A stretch of 39,513 nucleotides of DNA from Chiloscyllium plagiosum (lineage: Eukaryota). The notes beneath the pieces were generated by a model that made no database searches, was not told where the DNA came from, and was given only the letters and a program-made list of their open reading frames with translations. Below, piece by piece: positions 1 through 9,220 of the stretch. A program made the position numbers and the translations under genes. How positions within the stretch are numbered: the stretch's first letter is position 1; each line of letters starts with the position of its first letter. The stretch is from the NCBI RefSeq assembly GCF_004010195.1, contig NC_057719.1, forward strand, positions 61,147,365-61,186,877, given 5' to 3'.

Positions 1-250
1 ACCCTTTAAAACTGAGATGAGCAGGTATTCCCTTAGCCAGAGAGTGGTGAATCTGTGGAATTCATTGCTACAGAATGCTGTGGATGCCAAGTCTTTGAGT
101 GTATTTAAGACAGAGATCGATAGGTTCTTCATTGGTAAGGGGATCAAGAGTTAAGGGAAGGTGGCAGGAGAATGAGCCAAGCTCAAATGGCTAAGTTGAC
201 CCAGTGAGCTGGATGCCCTTATTCTTCGCCCTCTGTCTGCTGGTCTTATA
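1..250 (+). mobile_element. CR1-clade LINE 3' end fragment (ORF2 C-terminus and 3'UTR)
   Basis: Reads ...FKTEMSRYSLSQRVVNLWNSLLQNAVDAKSLSVFKTEIDRFF, matching the CR1 ORF2 C-terminal pattern (F.qRVV..WN.L), followed by a CR1-type 3'UTR like 26760-26950. Confidence 0.8.
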
Positions 251-414
251 AAACATGTAGTTTGATAAATATCTGAAATATTAAGAGAATTTAATATAAT
301 TTTCAGCTAGTTGTGGCATATCTTTAGATGTGCCATAGGAAAAGTGAATGAATCTTAAAGATTTCATAAGGAAACTCTTACAGAGGGCACAGAAATATCA
401 TACAGTCATATTGT

Positions 415-1045
415 CAGAGAGTTAATAGGCATGAAAATAGACTCTTCTGTCCAACTCGTCCATGGCGACCAGATATCCTAAATTAATCTAGTCCCATTTG
501 CCTGCATTTGGCCTTTAAACCCATCCTATTCATGTACCCATCCCGGTGCTTTTTAGATGTTGCAATTGTATCAGCCTCCATCACTTCCTCTGACAGCTCA
601 TTCCATACATGCACCACCCTCTGCTTAAAAAGTTGCAGCTTCGGTCCCTTTAAATCTTTCCCCTCTTACCTTAGATCTGTCTCCTCTAGTTTTGGATTCC
701 CTTATCCTGGGGAAAAGATCATGTCTATACACCCTATCCATGCCCCTCATGTTTTTAACAACCTCTATAAGGTCACCCCCTCAACTTCCAATGCTCCAGA
801 CAAAATAGCAAAATAGTCCCAGGCTAAACAGCCTCTCCCTATGGATTAAACCCTACAACCCTGGCAACATCCTTGCAAATCTCTTCTGCACCAAGTTAAG
901 TTTAACAACATTTTTCCTGTAGCAGGGAGACCAAAATTGAATGCAGTATTCCAAAAGTGGCCTCGCCAATGTCCTGTACAGCTGCAAAATGACACCCCAA
1001 TTTCTGTACTCAATGCTTTGACCAATAAAGGTAAGTGTACCAAAC
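415..1045 (-). mobile_element. CR1/HER1-like LINE 3' fragment
   Basis: Reverse complement aligns by eye to the 3' ~650 bp of the CR1 at ~19990-20625 (e.g. ctgtccaactcgtccatg, ctctataaggtcacccc, caaccctggcaacatcctt). Confidence 0.85.
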
Positions 1046-1205
1046 TTCTCCTGTGAGAAAAATTAGAACTGAGTTTATACCTTAAGTCTTTCCATATGAT
1101 ACACAACATATGCTACAGTTTTATTAACAGTGCTTAGATGTAATTATCTTTTGGGTGTTTCAAACTTTTCTTTAATCAATAAATTTCTAACAGGATTAAA
1201 ACAGT

Positions 1206-1244
1206 TTATGACTGATTTCCTTGGTACAAGTTAAGTGACATGAA
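1206..1244 (-). CDS. Speculative terminal coding exon of the host gene (FMSLNLYQGNQS*)
   Basis: Minus-strand acceptor tttcattttgcag before 1244; in frame with candidate exon 1499-1405; minus-strand AATAAA at 1120-1125. Short and could be chance. Confidence 0.25.
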   Translation of the reverse strand, partial: FMSLNLYQGNQS

Positions 1245-1404
1245 CTGCAAAATGAAATGACAGTTAAGAACTGTAAATTAATATTTAATATGTAACTGTG
1301 AAATTAAATTAATTTATAGTATGTCTGTGTTGACATTTTCAACCACAAAGCCACAGTAGCCATAAAAAACACTTCACATCAATTCACTGTCATTTTGTAC
1401 TGAC

Positions 1405-1499
1405 CAACAAATGGACAAGGTAGATGCAATGAATGTCAAACCACTGTGAAACTACCAAAAACTGTGAAAGTTGATGAAAACAAATACAGCTGTCTATGC
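1405..1499 (-). CDS. Candidate host-gene exon, 95 nt, (G)IDSCICFHQLSQFLVVSQWFDIHCIYLVHLL
   Basis: Acceptor ctgctttctttttaaaag, donor TTG|gtcagt; only one frame open (phase 1 to 0), compatible with candidate exon 9213-9068. Confidence 0.3.
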
Positions 1500-1657
1500 C
1501 TTTTAAAAAGAAAGCAGATCACTTTTAATTCATCTTTTAAAGAAATTAAATAACATCCTCATGCTGACTATGATCAATAAAAACAGCAGTAGGCTAGTCA
1601 ACCCTATTTGCTATTCAAACTTATTTGCTATTCAATATAGATTATGGCTGATCACCT

Positions 1658-2580
1658 TGTAGTGATTGTAACAAGGCTAGTCAGTTGAAATTCATAAATT
1701 GAGTTCCCTGATTGAGGATGTTAATCTCGACCAATCAGGGAGACCTGGCTGACAGGTAAAAAGAGAAGTGTAACCGGAAGGTGGGAGGGGTGGGGGCTTG
1801 CTGGGTCTGTATGGTCTGCACTTTTATATGTAACAGTACTGTCTGATGTACAACTGTCATTGCTGTTGTCTCTTTATATCTTTGTGAAACTGGGATTTGA
1901 GGTTTGTCTTCATGTCCCTGTAAACTATTTGAACAGTAGGGTTTGGGGCCTGGCTTTGCTGCTCCTCTCCCTTGGAAAATTGCTGTCTCTTGTATGCAGC
2001 TGTAAATGTAACTGTTTGTTTGTTGTAAACTGTTTTTGTAATTTATTTAATAAAATTAAAAAAAGAGGAGTGTCAGACATTCTGACACTCTGAGCTAGCT
2101 CTGAGGAAGTTCAATCAATACCAAGGACTTTCAATGTCAAAATAAAGGGTGACTTGGTGACAGGCTACTGGCTCTGTGGAGTTATTTCAGTGGCGTTGAG
2201 AGAAAAGCATGGTCCTGAAGAATACAACTGTCATCTTCAAGTTGGGGTAAGCTTTTCTGGCATCATGTTGGTATTTGGGAAGTTTGACTCCCTCACCCTG
2301 CCTTCAAAGACTGGGACCAGTTTGTGAAAGAATGTGCTATTTTGTTCGGGCAAGTGATATTGGGGAAGATGAAAAGCAACAAGTAATTCTCCGAGTGGAA
2401 CCACAGCATTTTTTTTTCAGTTTCTCGGAGCCTAACTTTACCTGAAGCAGCCAATAATAAAACCTTTCAAGAGTTGATGAATTTAGTTAAAGTTATTACA
2501 AATCCAAGCTTCCTCCAATACTTAGATGCTATCCTTTTCAATTATCCTTGGCAATTTGAGAACCAGGGGAATCTATAGTG
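1658..2580 (+). mobile_element. Gypsy LTR retrotransposon 5' fragment: 5' LTR (1658-2189), PBS and decayed gag start
   Basis: LTR starts TGTAGTGATTG and ends TTATTTCA; PBS-like TGGCGTTGAG at 2191; downstream sequence is collinear with the copy at 30397 onward (aaaacctttcaagagttga shared). Confidence 0.85.
1772..2059 (+). mobile_element. 5'-truncated non-LTR retro-insertion (L1-like 3'UTR) inside the Gypsy LTR
   Basis: G-rich then T-rich 3'UTR-like sequence ending AATAAA (2049-2054) and an A-tail; flanked by a 14-bp TSD aaaaagagaagtgt (1758-1771) / aaaaagaggagtgt (2060-2073), one mismatch. The L1 label is inference. Confidence 0.7.
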
Positions 2581-2693
2581 GGAGAGTTACTCCAAAAGTT
2601 TGTGATTTCAAATAAATCTATTGGACTTTAACCTGGTGTTGTGTGATTTTTGACCTTGTCCATCCCAGTTCAACATCAGCACCTCCACATCAT
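2581..2693 (+). repeat. Short interspersed repeat, probably Penelope pLTR-derived
   Basis: Sequence gtgatttcaaataaatctattggactttaacctggtgttgtgtgatttttgaccttgtccatcccagttcaacatcagcacctccacatca resembles a common shark repeat (from memory); it ends the Gypsy gag fragment. Confidence 0.5.
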
Positions 2694-2739
2694 AAATATA
2701 CATGTTTTTGAAGAAAAGGTGAAGGTATAATCTAGCCAC

Positions 2740-4675
2740 AAAGAACATAGAATAATACAGCACAGGAGCAAGCCCTTCAGCCCACCAAGCCCATGCTGCT
2801 GCATGACATCTTTCTAAATTAAAAACATTTTTTTTCTACACGGTCCATATCCCTCTATTTCTTGCCTCTCCACCTATCTGTCAAGATGCCCCTTAAATAT
2901 TGTTTTCCCAGGATAGAATTGGCAATTACTTGGGACACAGGTTTAAGGTAAAAGGATGTGAGAGACAAGTTTTTGCACAACAGGGTCGTAAGTGTCTGGA
3001 ATGTGCTAAGGGGAATGTGTATCTGCTTCTACCAACTCCCCTTAGCACATTCCAGACACTTACGACCCTGTTGTGCAAAAACTTGTCTCTCACATCCTTT
3101 TACCTTAAACCTGTGTCCCAAGTAATTGCCAATTCCAGCCTGGGAAAAAGTCTCTGACTGTCCTCATAATTTTGTAAACTTCCAGGATGCCCCTCAACCC
3201 CTGATGTTCAAGCGAAAATAAACTAAGTTTATCCAATCTCTTCTCATAGCTAATTTCCTCCCAACAAGGCAACATCCTGACAAACCTTTCTGTATTGTCT
3301 CCAAAGCCTCGTCATCCCAGTAATAGTGTGATGACCAGAACGGTACGCAATTTTCCAAATGTGGCCTATAGAGTTGTAATATAACTTGCCAATTTTTATA
3401 CTCTGTGCAACAGCCGATAAAGGCAAGCATACCATATGCTTTCTGGACCACCTTATGTACTTGTGTTGCCACTTTCAGGAAACTGTGGACATGTATGCCC
3501 AGTTCTCTCAATATGTTAATGTTTCTAATGGTGCTGCCATTCACTATGTACTTCTCTCCTGCATTAGACCTTGTAAAATACATCTTACATTTGTCTGGAT
3601 TAAATTCCATCTGCCATTTCTCCACCCCGCCCATTTGTATCCTGCGGCAATCCTCTTCAATATCCGCAGGTCCTCCAGTCTTTGTGTCATTCGCCAACTT
3701 ACTCATCAGACCACCTACATTCTCCTCCAAATCACATATATCGTAAACAACAGTCATACCACTGATCCCTGAGCACAACTCTGGTCACAGATATCCAATC
3801 AGAAATACATCCTTCCACTACTGCTCTCTGGTTCCTATGACCAATCCAGTTCTGTTGCCATCTTACCAGATCACTGCAGATCCCATGTCACTTCACTTTC
3901 TGTATCAGCCTGCCATGAGAGACCTTATTAAAGGCCTTCCTAAAGTTCATATAGGCAACATCCATTGCCCTGCCCCCATCAATCATCTTTGTCACTTCCT
4001 CAAAAAACATGAGACATGACCTCCCTCGCACAAAGCCATGTTACCTATCACTAATAATTCCTTTTTTTTATTTTCAAATGTGAGTAAATCCTGTCCCTAA
4101 GAATCTTCTCCATTAATTTGCCTATCACTGATGGCAGGCTCATTGACCTAATTTCCAGTCACCCTTCTTAAGCAAAGCAACACTGTTGGATATTACCTCG
4201 TTCTCTGGGATCTCTCCTGTCACTAAAGAGGATGCCAGTATTTTCGACAAGGCTGAAGCCATTTCCTCCCTTGCCTCCCACAGTATTTGGAGGGGGCGGG
4301 GGAAGACATCTCCTCATTTCTTGGAGACTTGTCTACCTTAAAGCTTTTCAAAACACCAACACCTTTTTTGTATTGACATGCCCTAGAGTACCAACATACC
4401 TCTCTCTAGATTCACTATCCATCATGTCCTCCTCCTTTCTGAATACCAATGCAAAGTATTTGTTAAGAACCTCATCCACTTTCTCCACCTTCATGTATAA
4501 TTTCCATCCTTGGTTCAAGTGGATTTACCTTTCTTGAGCCACCCTCGTTCTCCTCATACGTCTAAAATGCCTTGGGATTTTTTAAACTCTGTTTACCAAG
4601 GACCTTTCATGGCCCCTTTTAGCACCCCAACTCCTTGTTAAAGTCCTTTCCTGTTTTCTTTATATTCTTTGAGGG
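2740..4675 (-). mobile_element. CR1-clade LINE, decayed ORF2 (RT to C-terminus) and 3'UTR
   Basis: ORF 3194-3778(-) has CR1 RT motifs SKLANDTK, WQMEFNPDKCK, ELGIHVHSFLKVATQV, AYGMLAFI, RPHLENCVPFWS; tail aagaacatagaa at ~2741. Confidence 0.9.
2903..3148. repeat. Long inverted repeat: 99-bp perfect arms (112 bp with 2 mismatches) and a 22-nt spacer
   Basis: 2916-3014 is the exact reverse complement of 3037-3135; spacer 3015-3036. Confidence 0.95.
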
Positions 4676-4864
4676 TATTAAAAATGAGTAAGGAATTCAA
4701 ATAGGGTAGCTACGACGAAACAAACTATTGGAGGAATTTTGAAGACTCGACAGAAGCCGGTATCCCATCACCAGGTCATTCTTTAGTTTACCAAGTCCTT
4801 GACACTGGTCCAGCTCCCTCAGTGCCAGCTCTTAAGTGTTAGAATGTCTGACACTTCTGTTTAT

Positions 4865-5004
4865 TTATTTTTTCCCGCCAAACAGCAGTAATGCTTATTT
4901 CCCACTCAGCATCCAGGTCGTATGCATGTTTGTGTAGGTCACAGTGAAGAAACATCGAGTGCAGAAAATTTTATTCATATTCCACCACCAGGACGAAAAA
5001 TAAT
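4865..5004 (-). mobile_element. Unclassified 140-bp retro-insertion in the Gypsy 3' LTR
   Basis: Flanked by a 12-bp TSD acttctgtttat (4853-4864) / actcctgtttat (5005-5016); A-rich 3' end on the minus strand; absent from the other LTR copies. Confidence 0.7.
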
Positions 5005-6302
5005 ACTCCTGTTTATATCAGTCAGCCAGGGCTCCCTGACTGGATCAGATTAACAGCTTCAGCGAATTCATTCAATGAGGTCCACCTGCTGACCTTGTTA
5101 CAATCACCCTCTGAGTCCAAGGACATAGACTGGTCCATTTTTTTGTCGCGCCTCCTGGAGGTTTTAGCACCAGATCCAAATCCTCTGACTCTGCATCGAA
5201 TACGGGCGACATGTAACATAGGAGTTCGCCTCTTGCTCCTGGAGCCTCTTGGGACATGCCTGACAGCAAAAATGATGATGTGGCGAGATCAGCTGTGTCC
5301 ATTTCAGATTCAGCCGTCTCTTCAACACTTGACAGAGAGGGAGAATCCACGAGTTTCGACAGCCTGACTATTCTGAGGTTGAGGGCACATTTTGCTGTCA
5401 CATCCTTTGCAAGTTCACGTCTTTCATATGGTCCATTTGCTTGTTCAGGACCATCGCTCCAACCAAACTTAATATGACACTGTTCCTGAACTTGTGTCAA
5501 CCATGCCTATTACTCATGCAGGGCCATTTCCATGGTACCTGCATCAAATTTCATTTCCTGCAGAAAATGGTCTCTCTCGCTTAGCAGAGTCATGCATCCA
5601 GCACTGACATTCCTGATGCTGTTTCACCTGCCCTTGTCCCCACCCCCAAGTCCAAGAAGATCAGATTTAACCTGCTGTAGAGTCTTTTCCCATTAGCAAC
5701 ACTGCTGGAGCTACCCTTGTAGTTGTATAAGGGGTGGTTCTATAATCAATTCAGAACCCGGACAGTTCGGTATCTAACGAGACTGTGGTCTAATTCTTGA
5801 AGCCTGCCTTCAAAGTTTGGACTGCTATTTCTGCCAGGCCATTGGATGATGGATGGTCTGCATGGTTCCTTATTTGCTAAATCCTATTCGACTTCAGGAA
5901 ATACTCAAATGCCCTGCTGGTAAACAATGGCCTGTTATCAGTGACCAACATTTCTGGGAGTCACTGTGTTGCAAAAGATATGTGTAATTTTCTATTGTTG
6001 TTCCTTTGCTTGACGAATTAACTCTCTGCATGTCCAACCATTTTGTGTGGCTGTCTACAATGATTAAGAACAATGAGCCCATGAAAGGACCTGCATAGTC
6101 AATGTGTAACTGAGTCCAGGGTTTACCTGACCATTCCCATGAATGTGGGGGAGCTGCTGGTGATACCTTTTGTCCTTATCGGCTCAGGCTTGGAGGGTCG
6201 AAGTGCTTGTTCCTAGTCTGTAAATTTTCTTTGTTCCTTGTTGGCACCCTGGCCACTGCCCCTCCAACGCACCTATGATATGGTCACCAGATATAACATC
6301 TT

Positions 6303-6478
6303 CGAGGAGAAAGTGAGGACTGCAGATGCTGGAGATCAGAGCTCAAAATGTGTTGCTGGAAAAGCGCAGCAGGTCAGGCAGCATCCTCATTCCTGAAGAA
6401 GGGCTCATGCCCGAAACATCGATTCTCCTGCTCCTTGGATGCTGCCTGACCTGCTGCGCTTTTCCAGCAACAGATTTT
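6303..6478. mobile_element. Palindromic Penelope-like (pLTR-derived) short element inserted in Gypsy pol
   Basis: Perfect 15-bp TSD cagatataacatctt (6288-6302 / 6479-6493); inverted arms 6345-6386 and 6437-6478 match at 41/42 nt. Penelope origin is inferred from the structure and the hammerhead motif. Confidence 0.75.
6389..6424 (+). ncRNA. Minimal hammerhead-ribozyme-like motif (Penelope type), probably degenerate
   Basis: CTGAAGA (6393-6399), A, stem II GGGC-tcat-GCCC, GAAAC-ATC; partial stem I attc/gatt (3 of 4 pairs). Confidence 0.55.
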
Positions 6479-7345
6479 CAGATATAACATCTTGCCAACA
6501 CCTTCATTTTGGAGACCCCCCTGGAGGATTCTGTTGGAGATCAGCCAGTATCTGCCCATGACCTTTGCTCAAGGCAATCACTCTTGCTCCCCATAATAAC
6601 ATGCCATCCTTTTACTGTGAACTGGTCTCTCCAGTTTCAAAAAAGTTTCAGTTCTGGTTGTGATGGCCCTTTGGCTTCCCCCATCACCACCAGCTGATTT
6701 TAGGTTTGTCAGGACCGGATCTCTCAGCCCAAAATCTGATATTGTCAGCTGTGACTGGAAGTGTGTCCAGAAAATTTAAAACCATTACGGACTGTTCCAG
6801 AGGCGATACCACTGGTTGTGTATCTGCTAATTGGAGGCGGTTCAAGGCATCGACATTCACTATTTGGCATCCATATTCGTTACTTTGCCTGCCGGATGGT
6901 GTTCCATCTTGTAACTATAAGCACTTAGCATTAGAGACTGCCGCTGAATATAGCCTGAAGCTATGGGCGGTACTGCCTTGTACTCTTTAAGTTGACAAAG
7001 TAGGGGTTTGTGGTCTGTTATTATTATAAAATTTACATCTGTAAAGGTATTGGTGGAAATGTTTGACTCAACGTACCTGCCAAACCGTCCTTCCCTATCT
7101 GGGAAATTTTACACTCTGCATTAGTCAAGGTCCTCGATTCATATGCTATTGTCTCCATTGGGCCACCTATGAGTTAATACTACTCCAATGCCCTACACGG
7201 AGACATCGCATGTCAATACCAGATCTCATCTGGGATCATAATGTGCCAAATCAAAATGTGCTTCGAGGATGACAACTATTTCTTCACTTCCCTGAAAGCT
7301 ATGATTTGGCTTTGCGACCATTTCCAAGGCTGATTTTTTTTTAAG

Positions 7346-7561
7346 AGTCGAAGAGTGTCGTGCTGGAAAAGCACAGCCAGTCAGGCAGCATCCAAGGAGC
7401 AGGAGAATCAAATTTTCAGGCATAAGCCTTTCATCATTCAAGCTTATGCCTGAAACAGCGATTCTCCTATTCCTCAGATGCTGCCTGAACAGACGTGCAT
7501 TTCCAGCACCACACTCTTTGACTCTGACCTCCAGCATCAGTAGTCCTCATTTTCTTGTAGT
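7346..7561. mobile_element. Second, older palindromic Penelope-like element in Gypsy pol
   Basis: Same family as 6303-6478; imperfect inverted arms ~7344-7427 and ~7442-7525; flanked by an approximate TSD tga(t)n-aag (7331-7345 / 7562-7578). Confidence 0.75.
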
Positions 7562-9067
7562 TGATTTTTTTTTTTAAGGAGTTGATGCAAAGGTACCAGG
7601 ATGGAGGCCAGGTTATGTGCGCACTTTCCATAATAATTCATAGCTCAAGGAAAGACCCAATTTCCAGTACAAATGTGGGAGCCGGAACAGCTTTGATTGC
7701 CATCACTTTACCTTCCAATGGATGTAACCCAAATGTGGCTAAAATACACTTTTTCCCTTCTAAGGTGTCCACCTACTCGACCGGGCGATTTGTTTGAGGA
7801 CTATGTCCAAGTTCTCTGTGTTCCTTATTGGTCTTCCCTGTCATCTAAATAAATGGCGACTTGAGGTCGACTTTGCAAATTTTTTTTAATCATCTTTGAA
7901 ATATTGCACAGGCTGATCCCTCAAATGGCAATCTCGTATATCTGGATAAATCCTTATGAGTATTGATTGTAACACACTGGGATTCTGGAAATCCTCATTT
8001 AACCTCAATTGCAAGAATGCATGGCTCATGTCCCACTTCATGAAAGATATACCCCCCAGCTAACTTTGCATATAAATCCTCTATGCAAGGGAGTGAGTAT
8101 TTATCCAGCTGCAAAAAGCTGTTTATCATTTGTTTAAAATCCCCACTCAAGGCAAACAGACCGGTCAAGCTTTAAAATCGCTAAGATCAGTACTGCCATT
8201 CCGCAAGCCGGACGGGTTTGATGATTCCTTCGTTTTCCAGCCTTCTGATTTCTGCCTGTAAGGCAAATGGCACTGGCCACTGAAGAATCGTGGAATTGCT
8301 TGTAGGTCAACATGCAAGGTGGCCTTGGCTCCTTTGATTGTCCCCCAACCTTCCTGAAAGACTTCTAGATATTTAATTAGGATTTCATTCAAGCAGCCGT
8401 TTTCTAATTGAAAAAATGTTGAGCCAATTGAGCTGAATCTTGCTCAACTAATTCCACCCCATCAAGTTCAGGCCCAAGCCTTTTACTGCAACCAGTAGTA
8501 ACTCAATCAGCTGCTTCTTATATGAGACTGGAACCAAAGTTGTACCCTTAATCTGTAAAGATTTGCCGGTACAGGTTTCGGTCTAGCCAGGGTCATATGC
8601 AAACTTAAGGATTGGAGTCTAGAGCAAATTTTGGTAAAGACTGGTTCTGCAATTACTGAAATTGCTGCGCAGTATTGACTTCCATTACAATCAGATAACC
8701 ATTTAACCAGATCATTTTGATTGATTCTGATTTGGATGTTGCTAACCAATTTAAGTGTTTCAAACCAGATGTTGATGGACTTTACAGGCTGTGAGCTCTC
8801 CTGAATACCAGCCTATGAGTTCTCCTACTCGATTTGAGTCTAGTAGGACTCTTTTACTGTCTAAGTCAACTCCATCAGCCATTTTAGATTTGTTCCCTAC
8901 AATTATACCAATTGTTTGATCCTTTGATCTCTCTGCTTCTAAACTCTGTATCAGTGTGCCCTCTCTCACTTCACCTGATGAACGAGGTTACTCTGAAAAT
9001 ATATTTAGCTTGTTCACATAACTTAACCTCAAGGTCTGATTATCATTCAAGTCAATCTCTAATATAC

Positions 9068-9213
9068 CTTCCAATACCAAAGCAGCTTGCAATTCATGAT
9101 GGTCAGAAATCAAAACTACACTCCAGATGGGATGTAACACTTTAGTTGTAATGTGAAAACAGAACTGTTTTACTTTTATTTTTAGTGAGAAGTGAAGCAT
9201 ACAGTATTCATAG
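9068..9213 (-). CDS. Candidate host-gene exon, 146 nt, YEYCMLHFSLKIKVKQFCFHITTKVLHPIWSVVLISDHHELQAALVLE
   Basis: Acceptor ...ctacctgtatttag, donor GAAG|gtatat; open frame phase 2 to 1, compatible with exon 29531-29413. Other phase-compatible acceptors exist, so support is weak. Confidence 0.35.
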
Positions 9214-9220
9214 CTAAATA

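Larger units (their letters stand above)
4740..8940 (-). mobile_element. Gypsy LTR retrotransposon: decayed gag end, PR-RT-RH-IN and 3' LTR (4740-5107)
   Basis: Integrase motif LHIDYAGPFMGSLFLIIVDSHTKW (~6110-6035); RT start LIKYLEVFQEGWGTIKGAKATLHVD (ORF 8165-8392); LTR homologous to 1658-2189 and 30397-30595; many stops and frameshifts. Confidence 0.9.

Noticed and set aside
1605..1635. Tandem duplication tatttgctattcaa x2
   Set aside because: Small slippage duplication with no sign of function.
1658..8940. The + Gypsy piece (5' LTR to early gag) and the - piece (late gag to 3' LTR) do not overlap and could be one provirus split by an inversion
   Set aside because: Outer flanks do not form a TSD (acct against aaat) and the two LTRs are visibly divergent; independent insertions are simpler.
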